Of a stretch of DNA of 64,000 bases, positions 48,135 through 56,782 are shown one piece after another. Position numbers and translations under genes: made by a program. Location: positions 952 to 64,951 of the forward strand of contig JAKPGM010000075.1 in the NCBI GenBank assembly GCA_029550865.1, given 5' to 3'. Origin of the DNA: Bacteroidota bacterium. GTDB taxonomy: Bacteria; Bacteroidota; Bacteroidia; Bacteroidales; DTGW01. The notes under the pieces were generated by a model. The model saw only the letters and a program-made list of their open reading frames with translations. It searched no databases and was not told where the DNA came from. How positions within the stretch are numbered: the stretch's first letter is position 1; each line of letters begins with the position of its first letter.

Positions 48135-48587
48135 TTAGCTGGGTATTTCAAAAAAACGTCGAATGAGATTGCGTACCGAAATAGAACGCAGGACGTCGTT
48201 TCCATTAGAACTCACCGCAATGCTCAGGTACTCTTTGCGGTAAATGGCCGGCGATACAAAGTCGCATTCGGCAGGAGTATCCACCACGTTAATAAGTATG
48301 CCTTTCTGATGGGCATCTTCCTTAATGCGTAGGTTAGTTTCGTGATCGTTGGTGCAGGCATAGATCAAAAAGGCATCGTCGAGGTCCGAAGGTTCGTATT
48401 CTTTTTCCTGCCAGCTAACTTCTTTGAGTTGACGGATTCGAGGGTCTATTTCACGGGCAACGATATGAATTCTATTGGCATAAGGGATCAAGCTGAGTAT
48501 TTTGTGATAGGCTACCCGTCCCCCGCCAATCAGCAATATCTTCTTGTTGTTTACATCAATGGAAATAGGCATGAATGACTTTTTCAT
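48135..48587 (-). CDS. precorrin-2 dehydrogenase / sirohydrochlorin ferrochelatase-like (SirC/CysG N-terminal type)
   Basis: Rossmann motif KKILLIGGGRVAYHKI from ATG 48587. Sits directly upstream of hemA, as in clostridial-type hem operons. Confidence 0.75.
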   Translation of the reverse strand: MKKSFMPISIDVNNKKILLIGGGRVAYHKILSLIPYANRIHIVAREIDPRIRQLKEVSWQEKEYEPSDLDDAFLIYACTNDHETNLRIKEDAHQKGILINVVDTPAECDFVSPAIYRKEYLSIAVSSNGNDVLRSISVRNLIRRFFEIPS

Positions 48588-48644
48588 AATACCTTGTGTT
48601 AAATGTTTGCATGTTATTCTAATACTTACCAGGCTTTTGATCAA

Positions 48645-48866
48645 TCAAATAACATAATCTTCGTCAGCTTTTCTGCCAAATTTGATTTTGTTCCACATCC
48701 GTTCATGCGTATAGTAAAGCAATGTTTTGGTAATTCATTCGGTAGTGCCGATACTAATAGCTAATACAAGTTTACCCGTGATAATCCAAGAAATAATCAT
48801 GGTGTCGAGGGTACCAAGCATGCGCCACGAAATAGCTTTTAACAAACTTCTTTTCCTATTTTCCAT
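48645..48866 (-). pseudogene. DUF2061-like small membrane protein gene with one in-frame TGA (48735-48737)
   Basis: Hand translation: MENRKRSLLKAISWRMLGTLDTMIISWIITGKLVLAISIGTTE-TGA-ITKTLLYYTHERMWNKIKFGRKADEDYVI. The KAISWR...GT and YY.HER.WN pattern matches DUF2061. Each half is under 60 aa, so neither appears in the ORF track. Confidence 0.6.
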
Positions 48867-48890
48867 ATAGGGCTAATATTAAATTCTGGA

Positions 48891-48898
48891 CAAAAATA
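48891..48898 (-). promoter_or_regulatory. candidate -7 promoter element for the DUF2061-sirC-hem-cysJI string
   Basis: Minus-strand TATTTTTG lies 24 nt upstream of ATG 48866. Confidence 0.4.
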
Positions 48899-49105
48899 AA
48901 AAAAAATTCATATAATCCATATATGAATAATGTATTTTTTATTAATTTTGTAAAAAAATATTTTAATACTTTTTTGTATAAAATTATATCATTGAATATC
49001 AGTTTATTGTGTAAAAATGTTAATGTTTGCCCAAAAGATTATCATGCTTTTAATTATTTTCGCAAGCAATTTTAAAGAGGCAATAAATAATAGGTATAAA
49101 ATATT

Positions 49106-50017
49106 ATGGAAAGAAAAAATTGGCGCATTAATCATTTAAGAGAATTGGAATCGGAAGCCATTTATGTAATTCGAGAGGTAGCAGCACAGTTTGAGCGGCC
49201 TACCTTATTATTTAGTGGTGGTAAAGATTCGATTGTGATGTTTCATATAGCGCGCAAAGCCTTCTGGCCAGCAAAGGTACCTTTTCCGTTATTACATATC
49301 GATACTGGGCATAATTTTCCCGAAACGCTCGAGTTTCGCGATCGACTGATGGAAAAAACAGGTGCTACCTGCATTGTACGCTATGTGCAGGATACCATTG
49401 ATGCGGGTAAGGTAGTTGAGGAAAAAGGACCCAATGCGAGCCGTAACGTTCTTCAAACAGTAACATTGCTCGATGCCATAGAAGAGTTTAAATTTGATGC
49501 AGCCCTGGGCGGAGGACGTCGTGACGAGGAAAAAGCCCGTGCGAAAGAACGATTCTTCTCTCATCGCGATGAGTTTGGACAATGGGACCCAAAGAATCAG
49601 CGTCCCGAATTGTGGAATATTTTTAATGGACGAAAGCATGTAGGCGAACATTTTCGTGTATTTCCGTTGAGCAACTGGACTGAGCTTGATGTTTGGCAAT
49701 ACATTTACCTCGAGAACATTGAAATCCCCAGCCTATATTTTACGCACGAACGCGAAATGATTCTGCGCGATGGTGTACTTTTGCCGCACTGTCCGTATAT
49801 AATGCTGAAACCTACCGATAAAATTGTCAAAAAGAAGGTGCGTTTCCGAACCATCGGGGATATGACCTGTACCGGTGGAGTTGAGTCACCGGCCAACACG
49901 CTCGAGGATATCATCAGGGAAGTAGCTGTTTCGCAAACCACCGAACGGGGTACGCGTTGGGATGACAAACGATCCGAGTCGGCTATGGAAGACCGGAAAA
50001 GAGAAGGTTATTTCTAA
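49106..50017 (+). CDS. cysD: sulfate adenylyltransferase subunit 2
   Basis: PP-loop-like LLFSGGKDS, HIDTGHNFPE, and C-terminal RKREGYF. Confidence 0.93.
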   Translation: MERKNWRINHLRELESEAIYVIREVAAQFERPTLLFSGGKDSIVMFHIARKAFWPAKVPFPLLHIDTGHNFPETLEFRDRLMEKTGATCIVRYVQDTIDAGKVVEEKGPNASRNVLQTVTLLDAIEEFKFDAALGGGRRDEEKARAKERFFSHRDEFGQWDPKNQRPELWNIFNGRKHVGEHFRVFPLSNWTELDVWQYIYLENIEIPSLYFTHEREMILRDGVLLPHCPYIMLKPTDKIVKKKVRFRTIGDMTCTGGVESPANTLEDIIREVAVSQTTERGTRWDDKRSESAMEDRKREGYF

Positions 50018-50080
50018 TGGTTTCTTGCCGCTTTGTGTGCATGTACATTAAAATTAATTAACTGAAAAAACGTAGATTCA

Positions 50081-51361
50081 ATGGGAACGATAAATGAATT
50101 GGTAAAAGAATATCTCGACCGAGAACTGCTTCGATTTACCACTGCCGGCAGTGTTGATGATGGCAAAAGTACCCTCATTGGTCGATTGCTCTATGATAGC
50201 AAGGCCATTTTTGTCGATCAGCTCGAAGCACTTGAAATGGCCAGTAAACGTCGGGGCGAGGAGCAAATTAATTTGGCTTTGCTTACCGATGGTTTGAAAG
50301 CTGAAAGGGAACAAGGGATAACCATCGACGTGGCCTATCGTTATTTTTCCACCCCAAAACGCAAGTTTATCATTGCCGATACACCGGGACATATTCAGTA
50401 CACCCGCAATATGGTAACAGGAGCTTCCACCGCCAATGTTGCCATTATTCTCATTGATGCTCGTAATGGTGTGGTAGAGCAAACTATCCGACATTCCTTC
50501 ATTGCCTCACTACTGAATATACCGCACATCATTGTATGTGTTAACAAGATGGACCTGGTTGATTACAGCGAGCATATTTTCAACAAAATTTGCCAGGACT
50601 ACGAGAGTATTTCGTCCAAGATTTCGGTAAAAGATATTCGATTTATCCCCATTAGTGCGCTAAAAGGTGATAATGTGGTGAATAAATCGGACAAAATGCC
50701 CTGGTACGATGGCCCCAGCTTGATGCATCTTCTCGAAACCATTCATATTACTAACGATATCAACTATGATGATCCACGTTTTCCGGTGCAATATGTTATT
50801 CGGCCAAACACTGATGAGTTTCACGATTATCGGGGGTATGCAGGACGCATTGCCAGTGGAATATTTCGTGTAGGTGATGCAGTAACCGTTTTACCGTCGG
50901 GTTTTACGTCGCGAATTAAGTCTATCGATTTTTTTGGCGAAAGTCTTCAGGAAGCCTACGCCCCTCAGTCGGTGGCTATTCAGATTGAGGACGATATCGA
51001 TATTTCTCGGGGGGATATGTTGGTCCGATCGGATAATTTGCCAACGGTAGGACAGGATGTAGAGTTGATGATATGCTGGCTCAACGAAAAACCTATGCAA
51101 GTGGGGAATAAATACTATCTGCGTCATACAACTACGGGGATGCGATGCATAGTTAAGGAAATTATTTATAAGGTTGATATCAATACGCTCGAAGAGCTTT
51201 CAGGTGGAAATACCTTGCAAATGAATGAAATTGCGAAGATACGCATACGTACTTCACAGCCACTTGTGTATAACTCATATCATATCAATCGAACCACAGG
51301 AAGTCTTATCCTCATTGATGAGGGTACCAATGAAACTGTAGGAGCTGGTATGATCAAGTAG
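50081..51361 (+). CDS. cysN: sulfate adenylyltransferase subunit 1 (GTPase only, no APS kinase domain)
   Basis: G1 motif GSVDDGKSTLIGRLL, plus DTPGH and NKMD. At 426 aa it ends before any CysC-like domain. Confidence 0.92.
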   Translation: MGTINELVKEYLDRELLRFTTAGSVDDGKSTLIGRLLYDSKAIFVDQLEALEMASKRRGEEQINLALLTDGLKAEREQGITIDVAYRYFSTPKRKFIIADTPGHIQYTRNMVTGASTANVAIILIDARNGVVEQTIRHSFIASLLNIPHIIVCVNKMDLVDYSEHIFNKICQDYESISSKISVKDIRFIPISALKGDNVVNKSDKMPWYDGPSLMHLLETIHITNDINYDDPRFPVQYVIRPNTDEFHDYRGYAGRIASGIFRVGDAVTVLPSGFTSRIKSIDFFGESLQEAYAPQSVAIQIEDDIDISRGDMLVRSDNLPTVGQDVELMICWLNEKPMQVGNKYYLRHTTTGMRCIVKEIIYKVDINTLEELSGGNTLQMNEIAKIRIRTSQPLVYNSYHINRTTGSLILIDEGTNETVGAGMIK

Positions 51362-53474
51362 TGCGCGCCCCAACGCCAGGGTATTCGATGCGCGTGTGAT
51401 AAATATTCATCAAACGACGCTTGAAGGTATTTCTAAGGATATCAATATCTTTAAGTGTCAGGTTGGTGTCATCGAATTGTCGGTCTCTCATAAGATTGTC
51501 TACAATTGAATCGACAAGGGTGTGAATATCTTTTTCGGTATATTTTTTCAAGCTGCGTGAGGCAGCCTCGATGCTATCGGCCATCATTATTACTGCCATT
51601 TCCCTTGAGAATGGTTTTGGTCCAGGATAGGTAAATTTTTCGGGATTAATTTCTGCATCGGGGTGCAAACGAATATAAGCATGATAAAAGTAGTGTGCCA
51701 TGGTGGTACCATGATGGGTGCGAATAAAGTGGATAATGGCTTCGGGTAAGTGGTATTTCAAGGCCAATTCAACACCCTTGCTCACATGTGCGATGATAAT
51801 TCTTGCGCTTTCTTCAAAAGTTAGCTTTTCGTGTGGGTTCGACTGGTCGGATAGGTTTTCAATGAAATAGGCAGGATTTTCCATTTTACCAATATCGTGA
51901 TATAAAGCTCCAGCTCGTACCAGTAGGGGATTACCGCCAATTTTATAGGCTGCCTCCTCGGCCAGATTAGCAACCTGTAAGGAATGCTGAAAGGTTCCAG
52001 GTGCTTTCTCTGCCAGCATGCGTAGGAGAGGTTGGTTGGTATCCGACAACTCCAGTAAGGTGGCATCGGATAAAAAGCCAAATATTTTTTCAAAAATATA
52101 AATCATGGGTAGCGTTGACATGATCAATAAGCCATTGCCGGCAAAATAAAAAAGGTTGTCGACGCTTAGCTTAAGTAAATTGCCTTCTTGATATAGCGAT
52201 ATGCCTATATACACCGAGAAATAGGCAAAGATGACCCAGGCTGAAGTTAAAAACATCTTGTTTCGGCGGTATACATTACTCAAGCTCATAATAGCTACTA
52301 TCCCCGCAGTAACATTTAAAAAGGTAAATTCAAAGCTATTGGGGACAATAAATCCTGTTAGCAGCATGGCAATAAGATATACAAACAAAGCTATGCGTGC
52401 TTCAAAGAAGGTTTTTAATAATATGGGCATGATGGCATAAGGGACCATGTAAAGTCCTACCGGCCGATATCGTACAATCAAATGGGTGATAAAAGCGAAG
52501 GAAACGACTATGAATAAGATAAATATGATGGCATTGGGCGAATAAAGTAAATTCGGAAAATATTTCCGGAAATAAAAATAGATGAGCAAGAGACAAAATA
52601 CTACTACTATTAGCTGTCCTACTATAACTATCAAATAACCTGTTGAAAATCCCATTCTTTCTTCGTATTCCTTTTTGAGCGATTCAAGGATTTTGAAATT
52701 GCGATTATTGACAATATCGCCTGTAAAAATTATTCGCTCTCCAGCCATTACCATTCCTTCGGTGAGCGAAATATTATCCAATGCGTTCTGGCGTGCTTTC
52801 TCAGTAGTTGCCGCATCATAAAATAGGTTTGGAACAATATACTGGTTAAGTTGTAAACTTTGGAAAAAAGGCATCAGGTTGATACCCGAGGAAAAAACGA
52901 TTTCATCGTTATAGCTTTCCAGCTGGCGTTGCACGTATTCGTATGCCTGCTTAGGGGTAAATATGGTTGACCGATCGGTCTCCTGGGCTACATTGTCCTT
53001 GACGATATTCAACGTTGGTGATTCTTTCGAAAAAGCAGAATTATCTTCTGGAATTTCCAGAATGCCATGTCGATATATCATTTCTAAAAGGTCGAATAAC
53101 TTGCGTTCTGTTTTTTCACGAATATCTGCAGGAATAGGGGATGGGTAGCCAGATACAAATTCATCCCAGGCAGCTGCTATTTTTTTTGATAAAAGCTTTT
53201 GTTTTTCTGACCATATCCGTGGATTATAGACAAAATATGCGGGGAAATTACGTATAATGCTATCTTTTTCTCTGGTCAGGTCTTCATAGGTTTTGTGAAC
53301 GGGAAAATCAAAGGGGGCAATCAGTACTTCATGTAGCCATGGCTTTCCCTTTTGATACTCATACTTAAATTTTCCAGCCCGCGGGAAAAACGATAGCAAC
53401 AGGATACCTGAAAGTATGAAGGTGATAGGTAACCAGTGCTGTTCAACGAATTTTATGAGTTTGTTTTTTTTCAA
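51354..53474 (-). CDS. 7TM-HD membrane phosphohydrolase (PgpH/YqfF-like HDIG protein)
   Basis: Extracellular N-domain, 7 TM helices, and an HD domain HSLQVANLAEEAAYKIGGNPLLVRAGALYHDIGK. Confidence 0.85.
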   Translation of the reverse strand: MKKNKLIKFVEQHWLPITFILSGILLLSFFPRAGKFKYEYQKGKPWLHEVLIAPFDFPVHKTYEDLTREKDSIIRNFPAYFVYNPRIWSEKQKLLSKKIAAAWDEFVSGYPSPIPADIREKTERKLFDLLEMIYRHGILEIPEDNSAFSKESPTLNIVKDNVAQETDRSTIFTPKQAYEYVQRQLESYNDEIVFSSGINLMPFFQSLQLNQYIVPNLFYDAATTEKARQNALDNISLTEGMVMAGERIIFTGDIVNNRNFKILESLKKEYEERMGFSTGYLIVIVGQLIVVVFCLLLIYFYFRKYFPNLLYSPNAIIFILFIVVSFAFITHLIVRYRPVGLYMVPYAIMPILLKTFFEARIALFVYLIAMLLTGFIVPNSFEFTFLNVTAGIVAIMSLSNVYRRNKMFLTSAWVIFAYFSVYIGISLYQEGNLLKLSVDNLFYFAGNGLLIMSTLPMIYIFEKIFGFLSDATLLELSDTNQPLLRMLAEKAPGTFQHSLQVANLAEEAAYKIGGNPLLVRAGALYHDIGKMENPAYFIENLSDQSNPHEKLTFEESARIIIAHVSKGVELALKYHLPEAIIHFIRTHHGTTMAHYFYHAYIRLHPDAEINPEKFTYPGPKPFSREMAVIMMADSIEAASRSLKKYTEKDIHTLVDSIVDNLMRDRQFDDTNLTLKDIDILRNTFKRRLMNIYHTRIEYPGVGARTT

Positions 53475-53544
53475 GAGAATCCTTTTTATTTTGGCTTAAA
53501 GTTATATTATTTTGTTGGGATTTAAAAGGAGGGTCAATTGTAAA

Positions 53545-54330
53545 ATGAAAGCTCTTTGCGCACAAACATTCATTCCCATTCGTGCTGCTGCTTCCGATAC
53601 CTCGGAAATGGTCAGTCAACTGTTGTTTGGGGAAACCTGTCAGGTGATGGCACAGACCGAAAAATGGGTGAAGGTACGTTGCGATTTCGATGGGTATGAA
53701 GGATGGGTTTTTAAACCAGCTCTTACCTTTTTGAGCGAACAGGAATACTTGTTGTTACGGCAATCGCCCCAAAGCATTGTTAACATTCCCATATTGACTG
53801 CTCGTGAGGCTAAAAACCAGCACCCTATTTACCTTACAGCTGGATGTTGTATTTATAATCATGAGCCCAATAAACGTACATTTAGCTTCCTTGACCGGCA
53901 ATATTCCTATGAGGACAATTTTTCGCAATCTTCAAATATGGATGAATCAGCGAAAATTATTCTGGAAACCGCACTTCGGCTGATCAATGTTCCATACCTG
54001 TGGGGTGGGCGTTCCACTTTTGGCATTGATTGCTCGGGTTTGGTACAAACCTGTTTTAGAGTGGTGGGTATTGATTTACCCCGCGATGCACGGATGCAAG
54101 CTATGCTTGGTAAGCCAGTAAACGATTTCGAAGATATTCGTCCCTCCGATCTTGCTTTTTTTAAAAATGCCGACGGAATAATCATTCATGTGGGGATATT
54201 ACTATCGTCATCGCAGATTATTCATGCTTCAAATTTTGTACGGATAAGTGCTTTCGATGAGCGTGGAATACTTCATGATAGTGGACAAGATTATACCCAT
54301 CAACTGGCATTTGTGAAACGATTTTTGTGA
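53545..54330 (+). CDS. NlpC/P60 (C40) peptidase with N-terminal SH3-like domains
   Basis: Catalytic Cys context YLWGGRSTFGIDCSGLVQ and His context IIHVGILL. ATG 53545 preferred over TTG 53512. Confidence 0.82.
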   Translation: MKALCAQTFIPIRAAASDTSEMVSQLLFGETCQVMAQTEKWVKVRCDFDGYEGWVFKPALTFLSEQEYLLLRQSPQSIVNIPILTAREAKNQHPIYLTAGCCIYNHEPNKRTFSFLDRQYSYEDNFSQSSNMDESAKIILETALRLINVPYLWGGRSTFGIDCSGLVQTCFRVVGIDLPRDARMQAMLGKPVNDFEDIRPSDLAFFKNADGIIIHVGILLSSSQIIHASNFVRISAFDERGILHDSGQDYTHQLAFVKRFL

Positions 54331-54407
54331 AAATATTTTGATACTTAACAGTTTTTCTTTGAGTTGCCGTGCATAGAGAATCGTAATCGAACCGAAAATA
54401 TTTTTGC

Positions 54408-54415
54408 TATATTTG
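54408..54415 (+). promoter_or_regulatory. candidate -7 promoter element TATATTTG
   Basis: 35 nt upstream of the tyrS ATG at 54451. Confidence 0.4.
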
Positions 54416-54450
54416 CCCGCACGACATGAAAATAAAATTTTGTAATAGGT

Positions 54451-55743
54451 ATGAATTTTTTTGAGGAATTACGTTGGCGGGGGATGGTGCACGATTTTAC
54501 ACCTGGGTTAGAAGAGTTGCTCGAACGCGAGCAGGTAACAGCTTATGTGGGTATTGATCCAACCGCCGATTCTTTACACATTGGGCATCTGGTTTCTATA
54601 ATGCTCTTAAAACATCTGCAACGTCATGGTCACCGACCCATTGCATTGGTGGGAGGAGCTACAGGCATGATTGGTGACCCATCGGGCAAAAGCGAAGAAC
54701 GCAATCTGCTTTCGCTTGAAACATTACGCCATAATCAGGAGGCAATTAAGCAACAACTTTCCCGTTTTCTCGACTTTACCTCAGATATCCCCAACCGAGC
54801 CATCCTATTGAATAATTACGATTGGATGTCGAAATTTTCTTTCCTCGACTTTATTAGGGATGTAGGAAAACACATTACGGTCAACTACATGATGGCAAAA
54901 GATTCGGTGAAGAAAAGAATTGCTGACGGCTCACGCGAAGGAATGTCATTTACCGAATTCAGCTACCAGCTGGTACAGGGATACGACTTTTTATACCTTT
55001 ATCAAAACTACCAATGTAAACTGCAGATGGGTGGTTCCGACCAATGGGGAAATATTACTACGGGTACCGAACTTATTCGTCGCATTGCTGGAGGGGAAGC
55101 GTATGCACTAACCTGTCCCCTGATTACCAGAGCCGATGGGGGAAAGTTTGGTAAAACCGAGAAAGGAAATGTATGGTTGTCGGAACAATATACTTCCCCT
55201 TACCAGTTTTACCAGTTTTGGCTTAATGTATCGGATATTGATGCTGAGAAATACATTAAAATTTTCACCTTGCTGCCAGTGGACGAAATTAACGATCTTA
55301 TTGAACGTCATCGTCAGGAACCCCATCTGAGAACTTTACAAAAAAAATTGGCTCAGGAGGTAACCGTGATGGTGCATGGGGAAGAAGCCTTTCGTCAGGC
55401 TGTTGAGGCCTCGGAAATACTTTTTGGCAAAGGTACTTTTGAATCCTTGAGCCAGTTGAGTGAGAAAGATTTCCTGGAAATATTTGATGGCGTACCACAA
55501 TTTATAGTTGACCGTTCCGTTATTGAAGCACAGCCAACCGTCATAGAATTATTATGTCAGGCAACAGCTGTATTCCCAAGCAAAGGTGAAGCTCGGCGAC
55601 TGATTGAAAGCGGTGGCTTATCCATTAATAAAGAAAGAATTAATGCACCCGATGAAAAAATCAATGCACATCGGCTTTTGAACAATAAGTATCTGCTTGT
55701 ACAAAAAGGCAAAAAAAATTATCAACTGATTGTTGTCAAATAA
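54451..55743 (+). CDS. tyrS: tyrosine--tRNA ligase
   Basis: HIGH motif (DSLHIGH), KMSKS-type KFGKT, and a C-terminal S4 domain. Confidence 0.93.
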   Translation: MNFFEELRWRGMVHDFTPGLEELLEREQVTAYVGIDPTADSLHIGHLVSIMLLKHLQRHGHRPIALVGGATGMIGDPSGKSEERNLLSLETLRHNQEAIKQQLSRFLDFTSDIPNRAILLNNYDWMSKFSFLDFIRDVGKHITVNYMMAKDSVKKRIADGSREGMSFTEFSYQLVQGYDFLYLYQNYQCKLQMGGSDQWGNITTGTELIRRIAGGEAYALTCPLITRADGGKFGKTEKGNVWLSEQYTSPYQFYQFWLNVSDIDAEKYIKIFTLLPVDEINDLIERHRQEPHLRTLQKKLAQEVTVMVHGEEAFRQAVEASEILFGKGTFESLSQLSEKDFLEIFDGVPQFIVDRSVIEAQPTVIELLCQATAVFPSKGEARRLIESGGLSINKERINAPDEKINAHRLLNNKYLLVQKGKKNYQLIVVK

Positions 55744-55760
55744 CACAAAAACCTTAAAAT

Positions 55761-56774
55761 ATGGGTAAAAATAAACACAAGTCTGATTTTGACATGGGTA
55801 ATGTCATCAAGTACATCATAAAACGTTCACGCATATTACTTTCTGTCACCCTAATAGCTTTTGTTGTGTCAGTAGTAGTATCGTTGATGTTGAAGCCCAA
55901 GTATCGTTCTACAGCGATAGTATTTCCAACCTCTCCGGCTTCGGTAGCGAAATCGATCATGAGCACCCAATATGTTACCTCAAGAGGAGCCGATATTTTA
56001 AATTTTGGTCTTGAGGATGAATGTGATCAATTGTTACAGGTGTTTCTTTCACGAGAATTGAAAGATTCAATGAATGTAAAATTTGGTTTGATGCAGCATT
56101 ATGGGATCAATCCGAATGATAAGTATGCTTTGACCCGTTACTACGATGCATACGACGATAATTTTCGATTTCGTCGGAGCGAATACAATTCCATCATCAT
56201 CAATGTTTATGATACCGACCCGCAGCTTGCTGCTACGTTAACCAGTGAGGTGGTACGATTGGCCGATAGCCTTTACAGTCGTGTAGTTAGAGAGCGAGCA
56301 TTAAAAGCATTTGAGGTCATAAAGAAGGAATATCAGGACATGGATTCGCTTATTGCAGCTAAGGAGCGTCGTCTGATAGAGTTGGCCAATATGGGTGTAT
56401 TTAAATACGATGACCAGAGTAAAGAACTTACCAGGGCGTATTATAAAGCACTTCAGTCTGGAAAGACAGAGTTGGCTAACCAGATTAAGCAAAAAATGGA
56501 GATTGCCGAACGCTATGGGGTGGAATATACAGGATTGCATTACGATTTGCGAGTGCTTCGGATTCAGCGTGGCGATATCCATTACAAGTACACCGAGGCG
56601 CGTGCAGCACTTGAACAACGACTGCCCAATAAATTTATTGTCGAGCATCCCATTCCCGCCGATAAAAAAGCATGGCCTCGACGTAGTATTATTGTTATTA
56701 CTTCTACTTTGGGAGCGTTTCTGTTTACCCTATTACTAATGGTTTTTGTTGATGCACTCAAAAAGTACATTTAA
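55761..56774 (+). CDS. Wzz-like polysaccharide chain-length determinant protein
   Basis: N-terminal TM followed by LKPKYRSTA, a long coiled-coil middle, and a C-terminal TM (IIVITSTLGAFLFTLLLMVF). Confidence 0.65.
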   Translation: MGKNKHKSDFDMGNVIKYIIKRSRILLSVTLIAFVVSVVVSLMLKPKYRSTAIVFPTSPASVAKSIMSTQYVTSRGADILNFGLEDECDQLLQVFLSRELKDSMNVKFGLMQHYGINPNDKYALTRYYDAYDDNFRFRRSEYNSIIINVYDTDPQLAATLTSEVVRLADSLYSRVVRERALKAFEVIKKEYQDMDSLIAAKERRLIELANMGVFKYDDQSKELTRAYYKALQSGKTELANQIKQKMEIAERYGVEYTGLHYDLRVLRIQRGDIHYKYTEARAALEQRLPNKFIVEHPIPADKKAWPRRSIIVITSTLGAFLFTLLLMVFVDALKKYI

Positions 56775-56782
56775 ACGGTTGC

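Noticed and set aside
38942-48737. Genome-wide TGA reassignment (genetic code 4 or 25) or selenocysteine insertion as the explanation for the two in-frame TGAs.
   Set aside because: - **Reassignment:** all the large conserved genes in the window are uninterrupted, and several end at TGA exactly where homologues end, so TGA is a normal stop here.
- **Selenocysteine:** the interrupted positions are not Cys or redox positions in the families as I know them. I see only a weak short hairpin after the first site, none after the second, and no sel genes in the window. Selenocysteine is therefore unlikely, though not formally excluded.
48899-49105. A possible SAM or other sulfur-responsive riboswitch in the cysD leader and the divergent promoter region.
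   Set aside because: The region is extremely AT-rich, with no GC-rich helices or conserved riboswitch core sequences that I can recognise.
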